From Dehalococcoidia bacterium (GTDB taxonomy: Bacteria; Chloroflexota; Dehalococcoidia; Bin125), in NCBI GenBank assembly GCA_963663895.2, contig CAXXRD010000001.1, forward strand, positions 736,001 to 800,000: a stretch of DNA of 64,000 nt, written 5' to 3'. The translations under genes and the position numbers were made by a program. A model generated the notes under the pieces. That model was not told the origin of the DNA. It searched no databases and saw only the letters and a program-made list of their open reading frames with translations. Position 1 is the first letter of the stretch. Each line of letters begins with the position of its first letter. Shown here in pieces: positions 34,640 through 44,160 of the stretch.

Positions 34640-35503
34640 ATGGCCGTGCCGCGCTACACCGTTGGTGCTTTGAGTATCGCAGTCGTGTCGGATGGGACGA
34701 TGTGGCGGGACGGAGGGGCCGTGTTCGGCGCGGTGCCGAAGATGCTGTGGTCGCGAGTGTGCCCCGAGATCAACGAACGCAATGAGGTGCCGTTAGGACT
34801 GAACTGCCTGCTCGTGGAGTCCGAAGGCAAGACCGTGCTGATCGACACGGGTTACGGCAACAAGAACACGGCGCTGTTGGAGAAGCGCGGGGTGCCGGTT
34901 GAACACGGGCGGCTGCTCGCGTCGTTGGAGGCGGCGGGGGTGGGCGTGGAGGATGTCGACGTGGTGATCAACAGCCACTTACACAGCGATCACTGCGGCT
35001 GGAACACACGCCGCGCGGGGGAAGATCTGCGGCCAACGTTTCCCAGGGCACGCTACTACGTGCAGCGGGCAGAGTGGGAAGCAGCGCTCCACCCCAACGA
35101 GCGCACGCGGGCGGGCTACGATGCGGAGCACCTCCTGCCGCTCGCGGAGGCGGGGCAGGTGGAGTTCCTAGAGGGCGAGTACCAAGTGACGCGGGAGATT
35201 CGCGTGATCGAAGCGCACGGGCACACGGCGGATCATGCAGCGGTGATCATCAGCAGTGGCGGCGAGACCGCCGTCTACTTGGGCGATCTGGTGCACCATG
35301 CGGTGCAATTGGAGCGGCTGCCATGGCTGTGCGCCTACGACGACCTGCCCCTCATGTCGATGGAGACGAAGCGGAGGATCGTGGCGGAGGCGGTCGCGCA
35401 TAATCAGCTGCTGATTAGCGCCCACAACACCTTTCCGGGAGTCGGACGGCTACGATCGCAGGAGGGAAAGACACAGTACTTGGTCGAGGCGGGAGGCGCG
35501 TAG
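34640..35503 (+). CDS. MBL-fold metallo-hydrolase (YtnP-like)
   Basis: DGGAVFGAVPK and SHLHSDHCG; ATG at 34640 after GGAGG. Confidence 0.9.
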   Translation: MAVPRYTVGALSIAVVSDGTMWRDGGAVFGAVPKMLWSRVCPEINERNEVPLGLNCLLVESEGKTVLIDTGYGNKNTALLEKRGVPVEHGRLLASLEAAGVGVEDVDVVINSHLHSDHCGWNTRRAGEDLRPTFPRARYYVQRAEWEAALHPNERTRAGYDAEHLLPLAEAGQVEFLEGEYQVTREIRVIEAHGHTADHAAVIISSGGETAVYLGDLVHHAVQLERLPWLCAYDDLPLMSMETKRRIVAEAVAHNQLLISAHNTFPGVGRLRSQEGKTQYLVEAGGA

Positions 35504-35521
35504 TCCGAGGGAGGAGATGCC

Positions 35522-36166
35522 GTGGTCAGTCCCCAGAACATCGAGAACTGGCTCAAGCAGCAAGAGGCGAACGAGGTCGAGGCGGCGACGCAGCGGCGCA
35601 AAGTCTACATTCAACAGCGGCGGCTGGGCGATTGGGTCGCGCGGATCGAAGAGTCGGAGGAGGTGCCGGATCTGGACGCGGTCGACCGGGCATTCCTGCT
35701 GGTATGGCACAAAGGAAAGCCCTTGGTGGTACGGCGGGGCGGGGCCTTCGAGCCGTGGCTGGTGCCGACGCTGGATCGCGCGGCGGAGCCGGAGCTGTTC
35801 GACGACTCGGCCGCCCCGAGGACGCGGAGTCGCGCGAAGCGGATGGGGCGATGGCTGAAAAGCATCGCGCGAGAGCGCTGGGGGATCGGCATGGGCGGCT
35901 GGTATCAATGGGGCTTCGAGCGACGGACGGCGACGACGGAGGCGACCGAGGCGGCGCCCGGAAGCGAGCGCTTCCACCTGTTCCTGTGCCTGACGGCGAC
36001 CAAGCTGGCCGATCTGGAAGTGGATGGCGAGTGGGCGCGACGGTACGCAGTGACGCGAGACTTGAACAAGCTGGTACGCGACCAGCACCTTGAGTTCGAG
36101 ACGGCGCTCATGCAGGCACACAGCAGCTACTTGGTCCGGCAGCAGACCGGCAGCGCGGGATCGTGA
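35522..36166 (+). CDS. Hypothetical protein coupled to gcvT
   Basis: GGAGG SD, host-like codon usage and GTGA overlap with gcvT. Confidence 0.75.
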   Translation: MVSPQNIENWLKQQEANEVEAATQRRKVYIQQRRLGDWVARIEESEEVPDLDAVDRAFLLVWHKGKPLVVRRGGAFEPWLVPTLDRAAEPELFDDSAAPRTRSRAKRMGRWLKSIARERWGIGMGGWYQWGFERRTATTEATEAAPGSERFHLFLCLTATKLADLEVDGEWARRYAVTRDLNKLVRDQHLEFETALMQAHSSYLVRQQTGSAGS

Positions 36167-37251
36167 CGCGGGCGCTCCTGCAACTGGCGCTGCGTGACCG
36201 ACACGCAGCCCGGGGGGCGCGCTTCGCGCCGTTCGCCGGGTGGGCGATGCCGGTGCAGTATGGGGGGATTCTGGAGGAGCATGCGGCGGTACGGAACGGG
36301 GTAGGGGTTTTCGACGTCTCGCATCTAGGCCGGGTGTGGGTGCAAGGCGCGGGGGCGGGGGCGGCGATCCGGTCGGTGAGCACGTATGACGTGACGCGGC
36401 TGGAGCCGGGGCGAGCACACTACAGCCTGTACTGCACGCCGGAGGGGGGAATCGCAGACGATATTTTCGTGTACCACGTGGCGGCGGAGCGGTGGCTCGT
36501 GGTGCACAACGCGGCCAACGCGGCGGCGGACTATGCGCGGCTGGCGGCAGTGAAGCAGGGAGCGGTGGAAGAGGTGACGCGCGCAACGGTCATGCTTGCG
36601 GTCCAAGGACCGGAGGCGCGAGCGACGCTGGGGGCGGTGCTGGGCGCGGAGGTGTGGGATCTGGAGCTGCACGACTGTCGGGAGTTGTCGTGGGGGGGAG
36701 GAGCCGTGATCTTCGCGCGGACGGGCTACACGGGAGAGGACGGAGGCGAGTGCATCACGGATCGAGAGCGGGCGGGTCCGTTGTGGGACGCGTTGGTCGA
36801 GGCGGGCGCGGCGCCCGTGGGGCTGGGCGCACGCGACACATTACGCTTGGAAGCGGCGCTGCCGCTGCACGGCAACGACATCGACACGGACAGGCATCCG
36901 TACGAAGCGGGGCTGGGGTGGGCGGTGACCCTGCAAGACGCGGCGCCGTTTACGGGGCGGGAGGCGCTGGTCCGGATCAAGGAGAGGCCGCGGGAGCAGC
37001 GGCTGGGGCATCTACGAGCGCTGGAGCGCGGAGTGCCGCGCGCGGGATATCCGGTCTACAACAACGCAGGCGAGGCTATCTCGCGCTTGACCAGTGGGGC
37101 GTACAGTCCGACGCTACGACTTGGGATCGGGATGGCGTACCTGCCGCGCGCGTTGACGGAGCCAGGAACACGACTCATGGTTGATGTACGAGGACGGTCC
37201 TTGCCGATGGGAGTCGTACGGCGGCCGTTCTACAAGCGCGAAGAGGCGTAG
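36163..37251 (+). CDS. gcvT: Glycine cleavage system T protein
   Basis: FAGWAMPVQY, FDVSHLG, RTGYTGEDG and GARDTLRLEA. Confidence 0.96.
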   Translation: MTRALLQLALRDRHAARGARFAPFAGWAMPVQYGGILEEHAAVRNGVGVFDVSHLGRVWVQGAGAGAAIRSVSTYDVTRLEPGRAHYSLYCTPEGGIADDIFVYHVAAERWLVVHNAANAAADYARLAAVKQGAVEEVTRATVMLAVQGPEARATLGAVLGAEVWDLELHDCRELSWGGGAVIFARTGYTGEDGGECITDRERAGPLWDALVEAGAAPVGLGARDTLRLEAALPLHGNDIDTDRHPYEAGLGWAVTLQDAAPFTGREALVRIKERPREQRLGHLRALERGVPRAGYPVYNNAGEAISRLTSGAYSPTLRLGIGMAYLPRALTEPGTRLMVDVRGRSLPMGVVRRPFYKREEA

Positions 37252-37263
37252 GTCGGCAGAGCG

Positions 37264-37647
37264 ATGGAGTTACCCACGGATCTTCGGTACACCTCCGAGC
37301 ACGAGTGGATCCGGCTCGACGGGGATGAAGGGACCGTGGGAATCACCGACTTCGCCCAGGAGCAGCTGGGCGACGTGGTGTACGTTGAGCTGCCCGAGGC
37401 GGGGACGCAGCTTGTGCAAGGCGACACGTTCGGGAGCGTCGAGTCGGTGAAAGCGGTATCGGACTTGTTTGCGCCGGTGAGTGGCGAGGTGTTGGAGCGG
37501 AACGAGTCGCTGCTGGACGCGCCCGAACTCGTGAACACGTCGCCTTACGTGGACGGCTGGCTGCTCAAGCTGCGGGTGGAGGAACTGACGCAGGTGGACG
37601 CGCTGCTGGACGCTGCATCCTACAGGAGCGAGACGGAGAGCGCCTGA
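37264..37647 (+). CDS. gcvH: Glycine cleavage system H protein
   Basis: HEW, GITDFAQEQLGD and lipoyl site ESVKA. Confidence 0.97.
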   Translation: MELPTDLRYTSEHEWIRLDGDEGTVGITDFAQEQLGDVVYVELPEAGTQLVQGDTFGSVESVKAVSDLFAPVSGEVLERNESLLDAPELVNTSPYVDGWLLKLRVEELTQVDALLDAASYRSETESA

Positions 37648-37648
37648 G

Positions 37649-39043
37649 GTGAAGGGCCGAGCGGGCGCGGCGCCTACTCCATACATCCCCAACACGGACG
37701 CGGACCGGGCGGCGATGCTGGCGCGGGTAGGGCTGGCGTCGACGGAGGAGCTGTTCAAGGAGCTGCCGACAGATCAGCGGGATCCGCTGATCGATCTGCC
37801 GCCCTCTTTGGGCGATCTGGACCTGCTGGAGCACCTGCGGACGCTGGCACGCCGCAACGCGGCGGCGCAGGAGCGGCCCAGCTTCTTGGGCGCGGGGGCC
37901 TACCGGCGGTCCGTGCCGGCTGTCACGGGGTCGTTAGCGGCGCGCTCGGAGTTCATGACGGCGTATACCCCCTATCAGCCCGAGATCAGCCAGGGAACGT
38001 TGCAGAGCGCTTTCGAGTTCCAGTCGGTGGTATGTGAGCTGGCGGGGCTCGCTGTTGCGAACACCGGTTTGTACGACGGCGCCAGTGCGACGGCGGAGGC
38101 GTGCCTGCTGGCGGCGCGGGTGACGCGCCGCAGCGCCGTGGCGCTGCTGGAGCCGATACACGCCGGAACGGTAGACGTGGTGCGGACCTACGCCTATGGG
38201 ATGGGATTGCGAGTAGACGTGATCGGGTCCGCCGCGCAACTGACCGACGAGCACGCAGCGGTTGTCGCGCAACAGCCCGATTTTCTGGGGACGATCCGCG
38301 ATATCGAGCCGATCGCCGAGGCGGCGCACGCCGTTGGGGCACTGTGCGTGACGGTGGTGGATCCGCTGACGCTGGGGCTGCTGCGAGCCCCCGGCGACGC
38401 CGGTGCCGACATCGTGACGGGAGAGGGACGGGATCTGGCGGGGCCGGTCGCGTTCGGAGGGCCATCGTTAGGATTGTTCGCGGCGCGGGAAGTTTATTTG
38501 CGGCAGATGCCCGGCCGGATTGTGGGCCGGACGCAGGAGCAGCGCGGGGCGCGGCGCGGCGATGGGAGCGAGGCGCCACCGCGGACGGGTTACGTGCTCA
38601 CGCTGCAGACGCGCGAGCAGTTCATCCGGCGGGAGCGAGCAACGTCCAACTTTTCGACGGGGCAGTCGCTGCTGGCGCTGGCGTTCACGATCACCCTGCA
38701 GGCGCTGGGTCCGCAGGGGCTGCGCGAGCAGGCGACACTCTGCTACCAGAAGGCGCACAACGCGGCAGCCCGGGCGGCGGCGATCCCGGGCTTTGCGGTC
38801 GTGGAGCGGGGACCGTGGTTCCAGGAGTTCCTGCTCCGAGGCCCGCTTCCGGCGGCGGCAGTGCGGGCGGCGCTGGCGGAACGGGGGATCGAAGCAGGGC
38901 TGGACGTGTCCGATCGGAGTGAGCCCGCCGCGCGCGAGGCGCTGCTGATGTGCGTGACGGAGACAACGACCGAGCGGGAGGTGGATGCACTGGTGGCGGC
39001 GCTCACGGCGATCGGGGGCGCGACGGGGACGGGACGTGATTGA
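37649..39043 (+). CDS. gcvPA: Glycine dehydrogenase subunit 1
   Basis: FLGAGAY, TAYTPYQPEISQG and TREQFIRRERATSN. Confidence 0.95.
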   Translation: MKGRAGAAPTPYIPNTDADRAAMLARVGLASTEELFKELPTDQRDPLIDLPPSLGDLDLLEHLRTLARRNAAAQERPSFLGAGAYRRSVPAVTGSLAARSEFMTAYTPYQPEISQGTLQSAFEFQSVVCELAGLAVANTGLYDGASATAEACLLAARVTRRSAVALLEPIHAGTVDVVRTYAYGMGLRVDVIGSAAQLTDEHAAVVAQQPDFLGTIRDIEPIAEAAHAVGALCVTVVDPLTLGLLRAPGDAGADIVTGEGRDLAGPVAFGGPSLGLFAAREVYLRQMPGRIVGRTQEQRGARRGDGSEAPPRTGYVLTLQTREQFIRRERATSNFSTGQSLLALAFTITLQALGPQGLREQATLCYQKAHNAAARAAAIPGFAVVERGPWFQEFLLRGPLPAAAVRAALAERGIEAGLDVSDRSEPAAREALLMCVTETTTEREVDALVAALTAIGGATGTGRD

Positions 39044-40568
39044 GCGGGCGATCGGGGAAGAGGATTTCGGCGCGCGGCTGGCGTTCGACCGCGGTGCGGC
39101 CGGGCGGCGCGCGGCGGCGGTACCGCAGTGGCAGGGACGGGAGACCCCACTCCCGGCTGCGCACTTGCTGCGCGATTCGGTGCGGCTCCCGGAGCTGAGC
39201 CAGGGCGAGTTGGTGCGGTACTACACCGCGCTGTCGCAGCGAAATTTTGGGGTGGACACGGGCTCGTATCCACTGGGTTCCTGCTCGATGAAGTACAACC
39301 CCAAGGTGAACGACTTGGTTGCGTCGCTGCCCGGGCTCGCCAACGCGCATCCGGCGGAGCCGGAGGCCGCACAGGGAACACTGCGGATCCTCCTGGATCT
39401 GCAGCGAGCGCTGGGCGCGATCACGGGACTGCCGCACGTCAGCCTCGCTCCCGCAGCGGGCGCCCAGGGCGAGCTGGCCGGGATTTTAATGATCCGGCGG
39501 GCGCTGGAGCAGCGGGGCGAGATCGACAAGCGGCGGCGCGTGTTGGTGCCAGACAGCGCCCACGGAACCAACCCCGCGACGGCGGCGATGGCCGGCTTCA
39601 CGGTGACACAGATTCCGACGGCGGCGGATGGGGCGATGGACCGCGCGGCCCTGGCAGCGGAGCTGGACGGATCGGTCGCGGCGATGATGGTGACGTTACC
39701 CAACACGCTGGGGCTGTGGGAGACGGGGATCGAGGAGGTGGCGCGCGATCTCCACCGCGTGGGGGCGTTCGTGTACGGAGACGGCGCGAATTTGAACGCC
39801 ATCGTCGGACGGGTGCGGTATGGGGATCTGGGGATCGATATCGCGCACCTGAACCTGCACAAGACGTTCAGCACGCCGCATGGGGGAGGAGGACCGGGAG
39901 CGGGACCGGTTTGCGCAAGCACGGCGCTGGCGCCGTATCTCCCGGCCCCGGTGGTGGCGGAAGGAAGTACGGGCACGCTGGCGCTGCACCGACCCGGGGA
40001 GAGCATCGGACAGCTGCAGCAGTTCCACGGGAGTGTGGGAGTGCTGGTGCGGGCTTACGCCTATATCCGAACGCTGGGCTTGGCGGGGCTGCGAGCGGTC
40101 TCGGAGAACGCGGACCTCAACGCGAACTACTTACGCGTACTCCTGGAGCCGCACTACGATCTGCCGCACCCGCGCCAGGGGTTGCACGAGGTCGTGTTCT
40201 CGGGATCGCGACAGCGCAAAGCGGGAGTACGCGCTTACGACATCGCCAAGCGCTTGATCGACTACGGGTTACACCCTCCGACGGTCTATTTCCCGCTGAT
40301 CGTAGACGAGGCGCTGATGATCGAGCCGACGGAGACGGAGTCGCGGGAGGATATCGAACGCTACGCGGCGGCTCTGGTGGCGATCGCGGAGGAGGCGGAG
40401 CGGGATCCGGAAGCGCTGGAAGCGGCGCCGCAGCGCACGCCGATCGGGCGGCTCGACGAGACGCGGGCGGCGCGCCGGCCGGTGCTGCGCTGGCCCGGCC
40501 CGGAAACCAAGCCGTGCGGGAGCAAGGGGACGGTCGAGCGACAGGTGCAGGAAGCGGCGGGAGCTTAA
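39036..40568 (+). CDS. gcvPB: Glycine dehydrogenase subunit 2
   Basis: YPLGSCSMKYNP, SAHGTNPA and NLHKTFSTPHGGGGPG. Confidence 0.95.
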   Translation: MIERAIGEEDFGARLAFDRGAAGRRAAAVPQWQGRETPLPAAHLLRDSVRLPELSQGELVRYYTALSQRNFGVDTGSYPLGSCSMKYNPKVNDLVASLPGLANAHPAEPEAAQGTLRILLDLQRALGAITGLPHVSLAPAAGAQGELAGILMIRRALEQRGEIDKRRRVLVPDSAHGTNPATAAMAGFTVTQIPTAADGAMDRAALAAELDGSVAAMMVTLPNTLGLWETGIEEVARDLHRVGAFVYGDGANLNAIVGRVRYGDLGIDIAHLNLHKTFSTPHGGGGPGAGPVCASTALAPYLPAPVVAEGSTGTLALHRPGESIGQLQQFHGSVGVLVRAYAYIRTLGLAGLRAVSENADLNANYLRVLLEPHYDLPHPRQGLHEVVFSGSRQRKAGVRAYDIAKRLIDYGLHPPTVYFPLIVDEALMIEPTETESREDIERYAAALVAIAEEAERDPEALEAAPQRTPIGRLDETRAARRPVLRWPGPETKPCGSKGTVERQVQEAAGA

Positions 40569-40575
40569 TACACCG

Positions 40576-40601
40576 CCGCCCCGGACTTGCGACCGGGGCG
40601 G
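40576..40601. terminator. GC hairpin between convergent genes
   Basis: CCGCCCCGG-ACTTGCGA-CCGGGGCGG. Confidence 0.55.
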
Positions 40602-40609
40602 GGTGGTGG

Positions 40610-40825
40610 CTAGGCGGCTTCCTGGCTGCGGCGGTGGTCGCTGAGAGCCGTGACCGCGGCGGCGCGGTCGAGCTCAGCGCCCGCACGGACGAGAGTCCGG
40701 GCGGCCAGGGAGCGGAAGCGGGGGAGATTGGTCGGGCGCTGCGAACTGCGGGACTCGGCCTTCCCCACTTCGCGCCGGTTCTCTGCCATGGCCGAGCGAA
40801 TCTGGTTTTCAATGTAGAGGTTCAA
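40610..40825 (-). CDS. Small hypothetical protein (~71 aa)
   Basis: AAGGAG SD before TTG 40825; helical Arg/Ala-rich sequence; AT-rich upstream region. Confidence 0.55.
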   Translation of the reverse strand: MNLYIENQIRSAMAENRREVGKAESRSSQRPTNLPRFRSLAARTLVRAGAELDRAAAVTALSDHRRSQEAA

Positions 40826-41058
40826 AACGGGCTCCTTTCTGTGATGCCTTTGCGATCCTCTTCGCATCTCTTGCGATTATCTTCACAAATTTAAACGGCG
40901 CAGGTCGGCAGTTTGTTGCAGCCGAACTGTTAAGCGTGTGTTGAACTGACACGCGGATTACGGAGAGAGCGGGCCGCGACGCGCGCGCGGCGGGCCGCGT
41001 AGAATACGCGGAAGCGGCGCCACGGGACGGCGCCGAGGAGCAGCTTAGGGGGATTGGC

Positions 41059-42102
41059 ATGGCGTCCGAGACAGAAGCGCAGGCGCTGCTCGACAAGCAA
41101 GCGATCTGGGACCGGATCATGCTCTACGCGCGCGGGGTCGACCGCTGCGATTGGGATCTGGTGCGGTCCTGCTTCAGCGAGGGGGCGCTCGACGAGCACG
41201 GCGTCTTCAAGGGAACGCTGGACGAATTCGTGCCGTGGATCCAGGAAGCGCTGGCTCGCTATCGCGTGACGATGCACACCGTGAGCAACGTCCAGGTGGA
41301 GCTGGAAGGGGATGTCGCGCATGCCGAGTCGTACGTGACGGCATACCACCGGCTGCCCGGCGCGGACGGGAAGCCCGAGCAGGACTTCGTGGTGGGAGCG
41401 CGCTGGAATGATCGGCTGGACCGGCAGGGCGACGACTGGCTGATCAGTCATCGGCAGGTGGTGTGGGATTGGAACAAGATCGAGCCGGTGGGGCGCGAAT
41501 GGGATTTCAATGAGAGGTATGTGAAGGCACGACGGGACCGGCAGGATCCGGTCTATGACCGGCCGGCGTTCTCGCCGGATTTCCAGCGGCCGAAGGACTT
41601 AGCGGGGCGCGTTCAAGAGTTGGCGGACAAACAGACGATCCGCGAGACGCTGTATCGCTACTGCCGGGGCGTCGATCGGCTGGACCCGGAGCTGATCCGG
41701 TCCTGCTACTACCCGGATGCGACAGACGACCATGGAACGTACCAAGGGCACCGAGACGGGTTCGTGCGGCACGCCGGGGACGGACTCGCGACCATGTTGG
41801 GGACGATGCACTACATCGGCAACGTGCTGGTCGATGTGCAGGACCGAGTAGCCTACAGCGAGTCATACTGTGTCGCTTACCACCGGATGCCGTCACGGAA
41901 GACGGGAGTGGCGGAGCACGTGGTGGCCTGCCGGTACGTGGACCGGTTCGAGCGCCGGGCAGAGCGGCCCTGGCTGCTGGGGGACCGGACGGTCACGTAC
42001 GAATGGAGCCGGATCGACCCGGTGGGCGAAGAGCAAGCGTATGCGCCGTCGTTCCAGCGGGCGCAGCGCAACAAGAGCGACCTCATTTACCAGCGTCCTT
42101 GA
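41059..42102 (+). CDS. Tandem SnoaL-like/NTF2 domain protein
   Basis: Two homologous halves: YARGVDRCD...TMHTVSNV...AESY and YCRGVDRLD...TMHYIGNV...SESY. Confidence 0.88.
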   Translation: MASETEAQALLDKQAIWDRIMLYARGVDRCDWDLVRSCFSEGALDEHGVFKGTLDEFVPWIQEALARYRVTMHTVSNVQVELEGDVAHAESYVTAYHRLPGADGKPEQDFVVGARWNDRLDRQGDDWLISHRQVVWDWNKIEPVGREWDFNERYVKARRDRQDPVYDRPAFSPDFQRPKDLAGRVQELADKQTIRETLYRYCRGVDRLDPELIRSCYYPDATDDHGTYQGHRDGFVRHAGDGLATMLGTMHYIGNVLVDVQDRVAYSESYCVAYHRMPSRKTGVAEHVVACRYVDRFERRAERPWLLGDRTVTYEWSRIDPVGEEQAYAPSFQRAQRNKSDLIYQRP

Positions 42103-42141
42103 ACGGCGCGCTCCGGGCAGCACTGTAACGAGAGAGCAGCG

Positions 42142-42615
42142 ATGGCGGAGTTCACGTACCTCTCGAAGAACCGGTTGGTGCTGAAGGATGGCGTGCGGCA
42201 TGCGTACCTAGGCGAGGTGCCAGAGCCGGTGCCGTACGGGGTGCAGGGGGCATTGCGCGAATACTACGGAGCGCCCGCCGGTGGCCCGCCGGTAGCGGCG
42301 ACGCTGGATCATATCGTGGCGGCGGTGGGTGGGTGAATGTACGGCACGCTCGCACGGGCGCTGCGAGCACGGAATGTGGAATTTGACCCGGCAACGTATA
42401 CGGCGGATGTCGAGGGGACGATCGAGGGGCCGGCCGGGCAGGGATCGCCGATCCGGATCACGCGGATCCACGTGCATTATCAGATCGAGATGCTGTCGGG
42501 GGATCGGGAAGCGGCCGAGCGGGCGGTGGCGGTGCACGCGGCAGGGTGTCCGGCGCACGAGAGCGTGAAGGCGGCGATCGCGATCACCGCTTCAGCGGAG
42601 ATCCGCGAGCGCTAG
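42142..42615 (+). CDS. OsmC-like protein with in-frame UGA (probable selenocysteine, codon 65)
   Basis: ORFs 42142-42336 and 42337-42615 are in frame; TLDHIVAAVGG-UGA-MYGTL; second Cys in GCPAHES; hairpin at 42348-42368. Confidence 0.82.
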
Positions 42616-42627
42616 CCGCGGCGGGCG

Positions 42628-42798
42628 CTAGCTCGTGCTCCCCCTGTCTTTGCGGACGGCCTTGCGAGCGCGCTTGAGGATGGCGTCGCGGTAGATCTTG
42701 CGAAGAGAGGCCCCGTGCATGCGGAGAGCGCGGCGCTCCTTTTGGCGCCGGGCGCTGCGGCGCTCGCCGCGGGTGGGTTGATCGCCCGGGTCGGTCAT
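42628..42798 (-). CDS. Small basic hypothetical protein (56 aa)
   Basis: Fills the gap between osmC and larA; MHGASLRKIYRDAILKRARK; TACACT just upstream. Confidence 0.4.
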   Translation of the reverse strand: MTDPGDQPTRGERRSARRQKERRALRMHGASLRKIYRDAILKRARKAVRKDRGSTS

Positions 42799-42868
42799 GT
42801 CCGTGAGTGTAGGGCGCGTTGACCGTGCGGAAGCGGCCGTGCGACGCTCGCGCCGGGAGGAAAACAAC

Positions 42869-44158
42869 ATGCGGGTGGAGCTGCTGTACGGGGAGCAGGG
42901 GCTGGAGGTGGATCTGCCGGATGGCAGCGACGTGATCCGGCCGAGGGAATCGACGCCGCTGGCGGATCCGGAATCGGCGTTGCGCGACGCGCTGGCCCGG
43001 CCGATTGGGGCGCCGCCGCTATGCGATCTGGTGCGGGCGGACGATCGGGTGACGATCGTGTTCAGCGACCTGACGCGGCCGGCGCCAAACCGATTGTTGG
43101 CACCGGTGCTGCTGCGGGTGGTGGAGGGAGCGGGGATGCCGCGCGATCGGATCACGCTGTTGGTGGGGACGGGGCTGCACCGGCAGATGTCGGCGGCGGA
43201 AGTGAAGGCCCTGTTGGGGCCCGAGGTGGCGAAAGGCTACCGGGTGGTCGTGCATGATGCGCGGGATCCGGACTCGTTGACGTTTCTGCGCCGCTATCCG
43301 GGAGAGCGGCGGGGCGGCATCTATCTCAACTCGACCTATCTGCAGGCGAGCGTGCGGATCGTGACGGGGTTCGTGGAGCCGCACATCTTCGCCGGGTACA
43401 GCGGGGGCGGGAAGGGCGTGCTGCCGGGCGTGGCGGCGGCCCCCAACATCATGCGCAACCACAGCGCGGAGAATCTGCTGCATCCGCAAGCGACCTTCTG
43501 CGTGGGGGCGGGCAATCCCATTTTCGAGGAGATGCGCGACGTGGCCGTGGCCTCCGAGGTGACGTTTCTCTGCAACGTGACGCTGACGGCGGACAAGGCG
43601 GTCAGCGGCTTCTTCTGCGGGGATCTGGTGGAGGCGCACGAGGCAGCGATGGCGGAGGTGGACCGGTCCGCGGTGCGGCCGGTGCCCCATGCCTACGACA
43701 TCGTGGTAGCGACGAACGGAGGATACCCCGCCGATCTCAACGTCTATCAGTCGATCAAGGGGATGGCGGCGGCGGCGCGGGCGGTGCGGGAGGGAGGCGC
43801 GATCGTGCTGGCATCGGAGTGCCGGGAGGGCGTGGGGAACGAAGACTACGCAGAGTTTTTGTCGTCGCGGGAGAGTCCGGAGGCGTTGATGGCGATGCTG
43901 CTGGAGCCCGGGTTCCACCGGATCGACCAATGGGGGATTCAGTGCCAGGCGATGGCGCAGCTGAAGGCGGAGGTGCACCTCTACTCGTCGCTGGCGGCGG
44001 AGACGGTGCGGGCGGCGCACCTCACGCCGTGCGCAGACGTGTCGGCGACGGTGGCGGAGCTGGCCCGACGGGTGGAGGAGCAGTCGGGGGAGCGGGCCAA
44101 GGTGCTGGCGCTACCGTCCGGGTTCCAGGCGATCCCCACGGTGCCGACGGCGGAGTAG
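42869..44158 (+). CDS. larA: Nickel-dependent lactate racemase family (LarA-like)
   Basis: SDLTRPAP, GTGLHR, EPHIFAGYSGGGK, GGYPADLNVYQSIKG and DQW. Confidence 0.88.
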   Translation: MRVELLYGEQGLEVDLPDGSDVIRPRESTPLADPESALRDALARPIGAPPLCDLVRADDRVTIVFSDLTRPAPNRLLAPVLLRVVEGAGMPRDRITLLVGTGLHRQMSAAEVKALLGPEVAKGYRVVVHDARDPDSLTFLRRYPGERRGGIYLNSTYLQASVRIVTGFVEPHIFAGYSGGGKGVLPGVAAAPNIMRNHSAENLLHPQATFCVGAGNPIFEEMRDVAVASEVTFLCNVTLTADKAVSGFFCGDLVEAHEAAMAEVDRSAVRPVPHAYDIVVATNGGYPADLNVYQSIKGMAAAARAVREGGAIVLASECREGVGNEDYAEFLSSRESPEALMAMLLEPGFHRIDQWGIQCQAMAQLKAEVHLYSSLAAETVRAAHLTPCADVSATVAELARRVEEQSGERAKVLALPSGFQAIPTVPTAE

Positions 44159-44160
44159 CG

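Noticed and set aside
35504-36163. Glycine riboswitch upstream of gcvT
   Set aside because: The region is occupied by a coupled CDS and no aptamer consensus was seen
42142-42615. OsmC gene as a nonsense pseudogene or two small genes
   Set aside because: The stop is UGA, falls at the expected catalytic Cys and is followed by a SECIS-like hairpin, so recoding fits better
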